The position numbers and the translations under genes were made by a program. Below, in pieces: positions 12,258-24,685 of a stretch of DNA of 64,000 nt (position 1 is its first letter; every line of letters starts with the position of its first letter). The notes beneath the pieces were generated by a model. That model made no database searches, was not told the DNA's origin, and saw only the letters and a program-made list of their open reading frames with translations. The stretch comes from Octopus sinensis (Eukaryota). The DNA lies in contig NC_043022.1 of the NCBI RefSeq assembly GCF_006345805.1, positions 5,704,001 to 5,768,000 of the forward strand. The letters are read 5' to 3'.

Positions 12258-12893
12258 AACATTGCATCCTTTAAAACCTGTGGAGGCACAATGGCCCAGT
12301 GGTTAGGGCAGCGGACTCGCGGTCGTAGGATTGCTGTTTCGATTCCCAGACCGGGCGTTGTGAGTGTTTATTGAGCGAAAACATCTAAAGCTCCACGAGG
12401 CTCCGGCAGGGGATGGTGGTGATCCCTGCTGTACTCTTTCACCACAACTTTCTCTCACTCTTACTTCCTGTTTCTGTTGTACCTGTATTTCAAAGGGCCG
12501 GCCTTGTCTCTCTCTGTGTCACGCTGAATATCCCAGAGAACTACGTTAAGGGTACACGTGTCTGTGGAGTGCTCAGCCACTTACACGTTAATTTCACGAG
12601 CAGGCTGTTCCGTTGATCGGATCAACCGGAACCCTCATCGTCGTAACCGACAGAGTGCTTCTTCTTCCTTTAAAACCTCCATGCTTCCTGAAATTCACCA
12701 ACACTACACCTGATATCCCTCCTACCTGCTTCATACACATGCACACATGTCTATCATCACTCATACACTGTTCACTTTCCTGACTTTTGTCCATAATATT
12801 ATGTACTGTACATGCACCTTTGAGGAGTCGTAGCGCACCTGAGCACTAGACACAATAATTTCATTATTATTATTATTATTATTATTATCAAAT
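12258..12893 (+). mobile_element. CR1-type LINE 3' end interrupted by a SINE
   Basis: Homologous to 13131-13357 and ends in (ATT)n. Confidence 0.7.
12280..12665 (+). mobile_element. Full-length SINE, head B2 plus tail T1, with 13-bp TSD
   Basis: A box TGGCCCAGTGG, B box GTTTCGATTCC, TSD TCCTTTAAAACCT at 12267-12279 and 12666-12678. It is inserted into a CR1 3' end. Confidence 0.9.
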
Positions 12894-13057
12894 TTTGATG
12901 GATGATTTTAATCCAGATCACTTTAACCCTTTTGTTACCATATTTGTGTTGAAATACACTACCTTTGTTTTGATTAATTTTGAGAATAATGAAAGAATTC
13001 AGTAAAATGACTGTCGTTAATTTATCTAGTGTTTGGAACACAGCTCCCATGACTTTT

Positions 13058-13357
13058 GGAAACACTTTTTCACACTCAGAGTTGCTGAAGCATGGAACAA
13101 ACTACCTGCATCAGTTGTTGGTTGCTGAGACATTGCATCCTTTAAAACCTCTATGCTCACTGAAATTCCCCAACACTACACCTGATATCCCTCCTACCTG
13201 CTTCATACACATGCACACATGTCTATCATGACTCATACACTGTTCACTTTCCTGACTTTTCTACATAATTCTATGTACCTTTCTATGTACCTTTCTATGT
13301 ACCTTTAATGAGTTGTAGTGCACCTGAGCACTAGACACAATAATTTCATTATTATTT
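13058..13357 (+). mobile_element. CR1-type LINE 3' end (ORF2 C-terminus plus 3' UTR)
   Basis: 13060-13185 reads KHFFTLRVAEAWNKLPASVVGC*DIASFKTSML, matching the CR1/L2 FFxxRVxxxWNxLP...FK motif, followed by an (ATT)n tail. Confidence 0.75.
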
Positions 13358-14211
13358 AAACTGAATAGAGGAAGAGAATAAGCAGCAGAGATAGAGAGAG
13401 AAAACGGCAAACCCGGGCACCAAACTTTGAATCCATTAATCATTAATTAACAAAGTAAACATTTTCGTTAACAATTTAACGTGGCCCAAGATGTGTGTAG
13501 CAGCAGCCAGCTTTAAGGAACAAAGTCCAGTGATTAAAGGAAAAGGAAAAACAGATAAAGGGGACAGCACACTTGTGAGAGAGGGGCTGCAGCAAGTCTG
13601 AGAGGGGTTAAAGGCCCACCAGCCAAGTGGTCATTCTCTGGAAGTGGCCCAAGATGTCAATTTGTGTAGTGTGTAGCAGCAGCATTGTTGCACAGGTAGA
13701 GACAATACTCCACTGTGGGCCTCTTCTTTTTATAGTCCCATTAAGGGTCAGCAGGCATTATGGACCTTGAAGAGAAGGCCCAGTGTTTGAGTGGTGGCGC
13801 TAGATAATATTGGTTTTGAATTTTGGCAGCAATTCAGGCCAGCACTTTCAGGGGTGGGGACGAGTGAATTATATGGGCCCCAGTACTCAACTGGTATTTA
13901 TTGTATCAACCTCAATACACACACACACATACACATACACACATGCATATATATATATACACACACATATATATATATATACATACATACACTCAAACAT
14001 ATATACATACACACACACACACACATATAAACATACACACACACACATATATGCATACATACACACGCACATATATATACATACCCACACACATATATAC
14101 ATAGATACACACAAACACATATATTCATATACACACACACACAAGTATATCAATACTCACACACACATATATACACACATGTGCATGCATATGCATACAC
14201 ACACACACACA

Positions 14212-14790
14212 TCTTTTATCGCTTGATTGCTAAAGTCATCAGGCCGTGGCCATACTGGGGCAGCACTGCTTCAAATTTTCTTTCGTGGAATGAAACAAAC
14301 CCAGTTCTTATCTATCTTCTTTTAAGCCTGGTACTTGTTCTATTGGTCTCTTTTGCCAAACCGCTAAGTTACAGGGACATAACCATACAAACACCAGTTG
14401 TCAAGCAATGGTGGGAGACAAACAGACACAAAGACACACACACACACACAAAGACACACACACACACACAAAGACACACACACACACCACAAAGACACAC
14501 ACACAGATGCATATACAACAGGCTTCTTTCAGTTTCCATCTACCAAATCCTCTCACAAGGCTTTGGTCAGCCAGCCCAAGGCTATGGTAGAAGACATTTG
14601 TCCAAGGTGCCATGCAGTGGGACTGAACCCAGAACCATGTGGTCAGGATGCAAGTTTCTTGCCACACGATGGGGCTTCTTTCAGTTTCCATCTCCCAAAT
14701 CCACTCACAAGGCTTTGGTTGGCCTGGGGCTGTAGCAGACATTTGCCCTGGGTGCCATGCAGTGGGATTCAACCTGAAACTGTGTGGTCT
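14212..14790 (-). mobile_element. SINE-A with duplicated 5' half
   Basis: Tail at 14212, head halves at about 14520-14668 and 14676-14790. Confidence 0.75.
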
Positions 14791-16360
14791 GAAACCAAAC
14801 GTACCACACAGCCACACACAAAACATCCCTCTTGGAGGGGAAAAAACTCAAATACAAAGCAAAATAAAACCACTCAGCAACAACTATTAGGGAGCTTCAA
14901 AGGAAAGGGGCAAATTTCCACAAGAAATTAAAAATTAATCTCTCAAAAGTCTAATCTTGATTTGCATGTAAGGGAGACAACTATGGACATATTTCAGCCT
15001 ATATATACTTGTTCCAATGTGGGAAGCAATGACAGTATATCTCTTCTTAAAACTCTCAATGAATATTAAACCAACCGATGCAAGCATAATCAAAATATTT
15101 TGTTCTTACTCAAACGAAAGCTATCACGTTAACAAAACAGTTTGGTTCGAATGAAAACCCACACAATGGAAGCATCTTCCGTCAACATGTGGTTTTGACA
15201 ACCAAGCTCTTATCGCAGAATAATAGATTTCAAGAAAAATGTCTTGGAGTAGTTTCAGATATATCTCTGGTCATTAAACTTCTTTATTATAGAAATAGCA
15301 GAAAGTGACAGATGGAGAAGTGAGGAGAAATGAAATTTAAGATGGAATCATTGAAATGAATAAGGCATAAAAGTACAGATACAGGAGTGTGGTTAAGTAA
15401 TTCTCTTTGTAGTCATGAGGTTTTGGGTTCAATAACAGCAGGCAGCCTCTTGGACAAGTATTTTCTATTGCAGCCCCAGGTTGACCGATGCCTTCATGAG
15501 TTGATCATAATATATGGAAACTGCATGAAGCCTTTTGAATGGATTTTAACTTCTGTATACAGGTTACTCCATTTACATAGCAGTGCTATATTAAAGTGAT
15601 TGTGCAGTGTCAGATAAAAGTGCCCATGAGGTGCCACTAAAAAGCACTTGCCCGTGCAGCGCCACATTAAAAATACTCAGCACTTTCTGTAATGTACTTG
15701 ATGTTAGAAAGGGCATCCAGCCATAGAAACCATGCCAAATCAGACTGGAGCCTGTTGTAGCCTTCCAGCTTGCCTGCTCTGGTCAATGCCAAGTGTTACA
15801 TAACTGGCACCCATGCTGGTGGCACATAAAAAGCTACCACTACAGTCCTGGTGTGGTTGGCATCAGGAAGGGCATCCAACCATAGAAACCCTGCCAAATC
15901 AGATTGGAACATGACGCAGCTCTCCAGCTTATCAGTTTCAGTCAAATCCTCTAACCCATGCTAGCATCGAAAGCAGGTGCTAGATGATGATGATGATGAT
16001 GCTGATGCAGCAGCAGCAATATCCTGGAAAGTCATCAATAATGTCACTAAAACTTTTAGAAATCCAAGAATAAAAAACATTTTGAGCTAAATTTGAAAAT
16101 GATATCCTAAAAGAGTCCCAGAAACTCTGATGACTCTGGAGACCCGAGGTATTTTCAAATAAAACTAAAGATGAACAAGATGATGGTGGATTGTTAAACT
16201 CATTAAAGGGTCACACAAAATACCTTCCGTGTTTAGTGAGATTTCTTTCTTTCTTTCTTTTTTTTCATCTTTTAGTCTTGATGGAAAACTGTATTCATGA
16301 TCCTTGACGGGGCCTCCATGACTTCTGGGAGGAAAGGAGAGGGAAGAAAGGAAAGCATCC

Positions 16361-17518
16361 TTAACAGTTTAGCATTCAGATTACTCCATCAAATGTAATC
16401 CTTATTCATTCACATTGTTTTGAACTAATCATAGATTATCTCTTAGCTTTGAAAGACTTTAATAATCTCACTGTTTATTTTTAGAATGACATTGTAGGGT
16501 AAGTGTGAGAGGCCAGATCTGACCAATCTGAATGTAAACCAGGAAGAATATATGAGCCACATACGGTCGATTCAACCCTTTAGCATTCAGATTACTCTGT
16601 CAAATGAAATTCTTTTTTATTCCCATTGTTTTGAATTAATCCTGGATTATCTCATAGCTTAGAGATTTCCATGATGTGATTGTTTTTAGACTGACAGAGT
16701 AGTGCAGGTATAAGAAGCTAGATCTGGCCTGTTTGCATATGCAAAACAGGCAGAATATTTTGGGCCGGATGTGGCTGGTTTAAATGCTGAATGGTTAAAA
16801 CAATTTTTTAATACAATTTCTTGTAAAATTTAGTAATAATAACATAAAATGATTTTTGAAAGCTCAAATGGTTAGGAAGATATAACCAAGTAAAATAGAA
16901 ATCAAAATGGGTCCGTGGATAAAAATAGGAACCAAAGGAGTTCATGGATGAAAAAAATAAGGAGAAACACTGCTTTAAAGGATCATCTAGGACCCTTTAG
17001 AGTGCACAGTTCTTTTGGTCGAGAGATTTCCATGATGTGATTGTTTTTAGACTGACAGAGTAGTGCAGGTATAAGAAGCTAGATCTGGCCTGTTTGCATA
17101 TGCAAAACAGGCAGAATATTTTGGGCCGGATGTGGCTGGTTTAAATGCTGAATGGTTAAAACAATTTTTTAATACAATTTCTTGTAAAATTTAGTAATAA
17201 TAACATAAAATGATTTTTGAAAGCTCAAATGGTTAGGAAGATATAACCAAGTAAAATAGAAATCAAAATGGGTCCGTGGATAAAAATAGGAACCAAAGGA
17301 GTTCATGGATGAAAAAAATAAGGAGAAACACTGCTTTAAAGGATCATCTAGGACCCTTTAGAGTGCACAGTTCTTTTGGTCGAAAGATTTCTGTGATGTG
17401 ATTGTTTTTAGACTGACAGAGTAGTGCAGGTATAAGAAGCCAGATCTGGCCTGTTTGAATGTAAGACAGGTAGAATATTTGTACTGGATAGGGCCAGTTT
17501 AAGTGCTAAAGAGTTAAA
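16361..17518. mobile_element. Cluster of piggyBac-type MITE copies containing a 361-bp tandem duplication
   Basis: CCCTTTAG and GGTTAA/AGTTAA ends with homology to 1126-1354. 16661-17021 and 17022-17382 are identical by eye. Confidence 0.75.
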
Positions 17519-18361
17519 CCAGAAACCAGAACTGACAACAGAATGGACACTCCTAAAGATACCAGGGGACAGTGTTACAGATTTGGCTAAACCTACAAAT
17601 AGGCCACGATGGGATTTGAACTCTGAAATGCAAAAAGCCAGAACAGATACAGTAATACATCCAATCTGACATTCTTACATTTCCAAAACTTATCACACAA
17701 GTTTTTTTGTTTTTTTTTAATAAAAGCGTGAAATGTAACAACAACTCTGTGCATTCTGAGTTCAAATCCCAAACTTAACCTTGCACTTCATCATTTGAGA
17801 GGAAGAGAAGGATCAATAAAACAAAGTGCTAGTCAGTTCCTGCAGTTGATTTAATATTCCTGTAATGCATTCGACAAGTGAATGGAATTATAATGGGAAA
17901 TGTTAAGAATATTATCCCAATACGGCAACATTTAAGGTGGATCTTATTTCACATCAGACATGTTGAGAAGGAAACAAATGAATTACTCTCGCTTGAAATA
18001 ATGGAAGTGCCGTCTGGTATGACAAAAGCCGCAATTAAACAATGGTTGAAGTATACAGCTCCAATAAAAGATGGTACCCTGCAGTCCTGAAGTTGAATTT
18101 TGGCAAAGAACTAAGGCAATAGTTGCCAATTCTAATAAAAATAAAGAAATAATTATTGAATAATTAATGAAAAAGAATCTCTAAAAATATAGGCTTTAAC
18201 ACAAGCTACACTTAAATACAACTACATCTAGATTATCTCAACAAGGAAGCCTCTACATGGTTGCTCAACCTGCCAGAAATAGTAGTCAACTCTCAGTCAA
18301 ATTACACTCTACTATCTTTAAAAAACAAAAGGACAGATTGATAGTGCATTCCAATATATAC

Positions 18362-18665
18362 TAAAAAGGTAAAGACCCCTTTCAGTCATAAAATATCATG
18401 GGATTGCACCTAGAAAGTTCCCCTTCAAAGCACAAATTTGGACACGGTTGTTTATAGAAGACCAGCAGTCGCCCATGCATACCAGCCTCCTCCTCTCCAT
18501 GCCACCATTGTTATCCAAGAGAAAGACAAAGGGACTGATACAGGTTGGCACCTGTGACATAGCAACTCATTTCTACAGCTGAGTGAACTGGAGTAACATG
18601 AAATAAAGTATCTTGTTCAAGAACACAACACACAGCTCTGGTCTGCAAATCAAACTCACTGCCTC
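18362..18665 (-). mobile_element. SINE, CORE-like body plus tail T3
   Basis: Homologous to 4859-5165. Confidence 0.75.
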
Positions 18666-19886
18666 ATGCTCCAAGAATTGAATGCACTGAATCGAATGCA
18701 CAACCTCAAAATATATTCTTTTCTGCTCTAGGCACAAGGCCCAGAATTTTCGAGGGGGGGGGCAGTCGATTAGATCGACCCCAGTATGCAACTGGTACTT
18801 AATTTATTAACCTCGAAAGGATGAAAGGCAAAGTGGACCTCAGCAGAAATTGAACTCAGAACCACTAAGTATTTCGCCTGGCATGCTAATGTTTCTGCCA
18901 GTTTGCCGCCTTAACCTTAAAATATATTATAAGTCTGAATACAAAACAGAAGGGTCTTTGCTTGACCTTGAGAATAAAAAACAACAACAGCAACTGCATT
19001 CATTTTCATGAAATAAAACATCATTTACTTCTTGGAAAGGTTCATTCCATTAGCTTAACATTGGAAAAATCTCAGTAATTAACAGCATTTTATTGTTTTA
19101 CGTTTCGAAAACCAATCTGCCATTAACAACAAGATATTCAGATGATATAATGACAAAACAAATAAGAAGGAAACCAAAATACAGAAAGAATACTTGTCAA
19201 TATTTAGAAATAGGCCTTGCTCTAAATTCTATGAAAATCTGTTCAAAATAAAAGAGGTTGTGTAGTTCTGTGGGGCTTTTTTTTAAATTTTATTTTATTT
19301 CAAGAGATCAAAGTCCATCTGAAGTCAGTGCAATTAGAGAGTTTAAGCATCCAACAAACCAAAATAATTTATATAACATTTTGGAATTTCAAAATTATTT
19401 CACAAAATTCTTTTTGAATTTTCAAATAAAAACAGGGATTTTATAGAGTGATAAAAGGAGATGCGTAATTGAATTGAAGTCACAATAAACACTAAGGAAT
19501 GATTTAACCCTTTTCTTACCATATTTCTGGTGACACACATAGTGTTGATGTCAATTAATTTTGAAAATGATGAAAGAATTTAGTAAAATAAATTGTTATT
19601 AAGTTGAAGGAAAGCGGCAAAATGGCAGAATCGTTAACATGCTGGGTGAAATGCTCCATGGCATTTTGTCCTTCTTTATGTTCCGAGTTGAAATTCCACC
19701 AGGGCCCACTTTGCCTTTTATCTTCTCAGGGGCAATAAAATAAGTACCAGTTAACCACTGGGGTCGATTTAATCAGCTTATCCATGGCCCCAATCCTGCT
19801 GACCTTCAGTCAAAATTTTAAATCATTATTAAGCTGAAGTTTGGAACCTAAGTTCTCATAAAATTTAGATGAAAGTTTAGAGAGTA

Positions 19887-20390
19887 CTAGCAGTATCGCC
19901 CGGCGTTGCTCGGGTTTATAAGGGAAATAACTATATAAGCATTTTTAGAGAGTTACTTCCCTTATAGATGCCAATTCGGGCTTTCTTAGCCATTTCTGTT
20001 TTGGTGTTTTCAAGCCATGAAGTCGTTGTTCTAAAAGAACGCTGGTCTCCTTGACAACACTTTACGATGTTGATTTCCTTACACTCCCTTCCCCACAGCT
20101 TCACGAGGGAGGGAAGAAGGGGGAGAAGCAAACAGGTGCAGGTGTGACCATGGACGCCAACTCTGCCGCCATCGACACACGAAAAAATGTGCATTAAAAT
20201 GGAATAAAAAATGATGTTAAATTATTTTTAAAATCGTAGATGCGCGCTAATACTCAGACGGGCTCGATATGAATCACGACTATAAGATACCCGAATTTGG
20301 TTAAACTGCACCGCAAAATGTGGGAGTAGTTAGGAATCTAAATCGAAGGGGACAGACACTCACACAACTACAGTTTTATATATATATAGA
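19887..20390 (-). mobile_element. Non-autonomous Helitron with a different internal region
   Basis: Shares about 70 bp of the CTAG/hairpin 3' end with 4280 and 23892. The rest is unrelated, and the 5' end is TC. Confidence 0.75.
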
Positions 20391-21114
20391 TATGTGTGTT
20401 TCCATCGTTAGGTTGATGATGGGATGATTAGATGAGAGATTTGTGTAAATGAGAAACAAACACTCAATAAACAGAACAGATTTTATTTTGTTGGAGATTC
20501 GTTGCAAGATGTTCTGGCATTCTGGCATGCACAGTTTAAGCAAAAACAGAGTGAATGAATATATCGTCAGATGGTACCTACTTTGAGAGAGGCACCACAA
20601 CACCACATGTAGGGTGCTGAGGTAAAGAGAGAGAGCTAACAGTCCTAGCTGGTTTGTCCCCTGCCTCTGCTTGACAACCAGCGTTGGTGTGTCTATGTCC
20701 CTGTCACTTAGCACTCCAACAAAAAGGACTGATAAAATAAGTACCAAGTTTAAAAAAAAAAATAAATTCTGGGGTCAATTCATTCAACTAAAATTTCTCC
20801 AAGGCAGTGCTCCAGCATGGCCACAGTCCAATGAGCAAAACAAATGAAGGATAAAACATGAAACAGTTCAACAAGAAACAATTTCCCCAAAACATTAATC
20901 AAATTAACATTTGATAGTTTTCTCAAGCTTCTCGCTTATAACCGATTCCTGCACATTTTACACATTAAGAAATATTTAAAACATAAATTATTTCATTTTG
21001 GTGACTGTTTCTGAAGTATACCACAACCTAATCTGAATCACAGAACAATTTCGGTTTCAAATTTTGGCACAAAGCCATCAATTTTAGGCGGAAGGGAATA
21101 GTCAATTACTAATA

Positions 21115-21326
21115 TGTGGTGAGGTACTGAAAAGTGGCTGGCTTTGGGTAAAAGAAACTACAGGATGAGGATCAGTTAATTATGATTTTGTTCAACATAT
21201 TCCCTCTTCAGATTCACACACTTATTGCAGCAGCCCTTCAACTTTTCTAAGCCCTGTAAAAGAACTCAGAAGGTTGAGAGCCTTTTGTGCTAAGCTTCAA
21301 GCCAGGAACTTTTCAGCATCCCCTCA
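21115..21326 (-). mobile_element. Mariner-derived MITE retaining the transposase C-terminus
   Basis: Degenerate TIRs (...CTGAAAAGT...GGCTT) with TA flanks. Minus strand reads QPSEFF/LQGLEKLKGCCNKCVNLKREYVE, typical of the mariner transposase end. Confidence 0.7.
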
Positions 21327-21660
21327 TAACCACTATAGCAGGCATAAACACACCATGGCACATGGTCACATGTGGACTTTTCTGACTGTTTGTATAGCAC
21401 ACATGGTTACATGATTATATCCTTTATCTTTTACTTGTTCCAGTCACTGGACTGAGGTCATGCTGGGGCAAGCCCTTGAATGAATCAACCCTAGGATTTT
21501 TTTTGTTTTTAAATCTGGTGCTTATACTGTTGGTCTCTTTTCCCAAACTGCTAAGTCGCAGGGACATAAACAAACCAACACTGGTTGTCTAGCAGTGGTG
21601 ATGGTAGACAAACACAAAAAAACACAGACAGATATATATATATGTATTTTATATATATAT

Positions 21661-21955
21661 ATCACCGTGACTGACCATGCTATCAGATGTTGCTACACAT
21701 CGCTGGTCACAATGCGCTTCGCATTGTTTTAGCCTTCAAATGACACCACCCCGCTGGCTAAGTGAGCAGGCCAACAGAAGAAAGAGTGAGAGAAAGAGTA
21801 CAGCAGGGATCGCCACCAACCCCTGCTGGAGCCTTGTGGAGCTTTAGGTGTTTTTACTCAATAAACACTCACAATGCCCAGTCCGGGAATCGAAACCGCA
21901 ATCCTACAACCGCGAGTCCGCTGCCCTAACCAACCACTGGGCTATTGCACCTCCA
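21661..21955 (-). mobile_element. SINE, head B2 plus tail T2
   Basis: Head matches 12280-12470, but the 3' part is unrelated to tail T1. Confidence 0.75.
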
Positions 21956-21961
21956 TATATA

Positions 21962-22709
21962 TATATAATATGAACACTTGACGAATTTGTGTCCCATCCT
22001 TGTGCAGGGCCCACACTAATCTTCTCTGTACCATTTCGGTTTTAGTCTATGTACTGCTGGTTTCTCCTCAGCCTGAGCAGATAAATATATAGGTAGGGGT
22101 GGCTGTGTGGTAAGTAGCTTGCTTCCCAACCACATGGGTCTGGGTTCAGTCCCACTGCATGGCACCTTGGGCAAGTGTCTTCCACAATTGAAAAGGTTGC
22201 AAGATGCAACGGAAATTTTAGGAGAATAAAAATAAGAAATAAGTGGAAATTTTACCGGTGAGTGTGTTAAATTATAAGGCGCAAAAAGAAAATTACTCAA
22301 CCCAGACACAACAGAACAAAGTGATAATAGTTATATATATAATATGAACACTTGACGAATTTGTGTCCCATCCTTGTGCAGGGCCCACACTAATCTTCTC
22401 TGTACCATTTCGGTTTTAGTCTATGTACTGCTGGTTTCTCCTCAGCCTGAGCAGATAAATATATAGGTAGGGGTGGTTGTGTGGTAAGTAGCTTGCTTCC
22501 CAACCACATGGGTCTGGGTTCAGTCCCACTGCATGGCACCTTGGGCAAGTGTCTTCCACAATTGAAAAGGTTGCAAGATGCAACGGAAATTTTAGGAGAA
22601 TAAAAATAAGAAATAAGTGGAAATTTTACCGGTGAGTGTGTTAAATTATAAGGCGCAAAAAGAAAATTACTCAACCCAGACACAACAGAACAAAGTGATA
22701 ATAGTTATA
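21962..22709. repeat. 374-bp tandem duplication
   Basis: Two copies differing at one visible position (22103 C, 22477 T), with junctions in (TA)n. Confidence 0.9.
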
Positions 22710-22747
22710 TATATATATATGTGTGTGTATGTATGTATATGTATATA

Positions 22748-22978
22748 TATTTCTTTACTGCCCACAAGGGGCTAAACATAGAGGGGACAAACAAGGACAG
22801 TTAAAGGGATTAAGTCGATTACATCAACCCCAGTGCGAAACTGGTACTTTATTTATCGACCCCGAAAGGATGAAAGGCAAAGTCAACCTCGGCGGAATTT
22901 GAACTCAGAACGTTACGGCAGACGAAATACCGCTAAACATTTCGCCCGGCGTGCTAACGTTTCTGCCAGCTCGCCGCC
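22748..22978 (-). mobile_element. SINE-C, full length
   Basis: Complete head to AAAGAAATA tail. Confidence 0.9.
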
Positions 22979-23454
22979 TTGTATACATACATGTATATGT
23001 ATATATATGATCAGCCGCTTTCAGTTTCTGTGTACTAAATCCCACTCATGGGGTTTTGGTTGGCATGCAGCTATAAAAGAGGACAATTGCCCAAGGTGCC
23101 GTGCAGCAGGGCTGAACCTAAAACCTCATGGTTGGGTTACAAACTTCTTACCACACGGCCACATAACATTTTACTAAAGATTAGGAACATAATCTTTAAC
23201 TCCAATTTTGTTTGTTGGAAGAATAATTCCCTCTCCCCCCTCCCTCTCTCTGTCACGTGTGCCATAGGACGTTTATGCCTGCTATGGTGATTACATTCTT
23301 CATATTTTCATTTCTTTGCAGTTATTGTTTTCTCGTAGTTTGGCTCCAACCAAAATTCGAAACAAATAAACAAACAAAGAAAAACTAAGCTATAATGTTA
23401 CCATATTCATTTCTATATTTTGTTAAACCATATAAATGGCTTTTATGTTAATTC

Positions 23455-23580
23455 TGTGTCGGAGGAAGCGAGGCTCAGAGGTCGATGTGTACTTCCGGTC
23501 GTGTACAATAAACTATTAAAGCATGACGGTTGTTGGTCGATGAAGTAGTACAAGTGCAAATTAAACACGTTACAACATGG
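23455..23580. promoter_or_regulatory. Promoter-like CpG-enriched unique segment with an ETS-type motif
   Basis: About 8 CpG in 120 bp of non-repeat DNA, ACTTCCGG near 23491 and a YY1-like CAACATGG near 23573. Confidence 0.35.
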
Positions 23581-23891
23581 ACTTTTGTCTCAGGCTCCCA
23601 ACCTGAAATTATGCTGACGAGGCACAGCAATTTACTGGCTGTCGATTGTTGTTGAGCTTCCTTTAAATTACGTTATTACAGGGTACTGAAATACCACCAT
23701 GCCTTTCCTGTGAGGTTTACCAAAGGACTTAACAACCCAGTTCATACAAGGGGAACCCAGGAGAACAACACATCAGAAACTGCCAAAAAATGAGTATATA
23801 AATATATATATATATATATATAGTTAATCCAAACATGAAAACACAAAGAGAAAACTCAACAACGCGAGGACGTGGAACAAGTATAGTGTTA

Positions 23892-24276
23892 CTAGCAGTA
23901 TCGCCCGGCGTTGCTCGGGTTTGTAAGGGAAATAACTATAAAGCATTTTTAGAGAGTTATAGCCAAAAAATAGAAAAAAATGGGGAAAAAAATGATGGTA
24001 AATTTTTTTTTGATAGTTAAAAAGGTCGAGTTGCGTCCCCTAGACCATCTGTGGTTTGTGTTTCTGATTCTCGACCCCATGTCGAATTTATCGATCTTTT
24101 TCAGAACTGGGGGAACTTTTCAAAATTTTCGCTGCGTTAGTTTTGAATTATGACATTGGGCTATGTGTGTGTCAAGTTTCATCAGAATCGGTTGAAAGCC
24201 GTGGTCAGGGTGAGGGTACAACCTGACAGACACACAGACACGCACACAGACAAACTGCCATTTATATAGAGAGAGA
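23892..24276 (-). mobile_element. Non-autonomous Helitron
   Basis: TC...CTAG termini, CCCG-N8-CGGG hairpin, clean A|T insertion with no TSD. Confidence 0.85.
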
Positions 24277-24308
24277 TTGGACACTCAGGAAAGAAGGAAA
24301 GAAGGAGG

Positions 24309-24343
24309 GTTTAACGTTTCGAGCAGAGCTCTTCGTCAGAAAC
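24309..24343 (-). ncRNA. Minimal type I hammerhead ribozyme-like motif
   Basis: GTTT-CTGACGA-A-GAGC-TCT-GCTC-GAAA-CGT-T-AAAC: perfect 4-bp stems I and II, palindromic ACGT stem III, GUU triplet. Confidence 0.7.
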
Positions 24344-24685
24344 ATAGAAAAAGGAAAGGTCCAGAGAAGGGAAGATGGAGAAAGAAAATCGCCAATGATA
24401 CACACATGGTCACATATATATATTATAGGTGCAGGCGTAGCTGTGTGGTAAGAAGCTTGCTTCCCAACCACATGGTACTTATTTTATCAACCCCCTAGAG
24501 GGATGAAAGACAAAGTGAACATTGATGGAATTTGAACTCAGAATGTAAAGATGGATGCAAGGCCACTAAGCATCTTACCTGGTGAACTAACGTTTCTACC
24601 AGCTCGCTGCTGTTCTCCTAAGAATAATAATCCTTTCTGCTAAAGGCACAAGGCCAGCAGTTTTGTGGGAGGGGGCTAAGGCAAT

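Larger units (their letters stand above)
23821..24414 (-). mobile_element. Penelope-like terminal-repeat remnant split by a Helitron
   Basis: Removing 23892-24276 restores a sequence homologous to the uninterrupted copy at 49629-49837. Confidence 0.75.

Noticed and set aside
12284-12355. tRNA-like sequence
   Set aside because: A and B boxes are present, but the acceptor and anticodon stems do not pair and it continues into a SINE body.
17878-18090. 70-aa ORF in unique AT-rich DNA
   Set aside because: No recognisable motif and no convincing splice signals.
20470-20550. Protein-like frame RFYFVGDSLQDVLAFWHAQF
   Set aside because: The acceptor lacks a pyrimidine tract, and the segment is too short to support.
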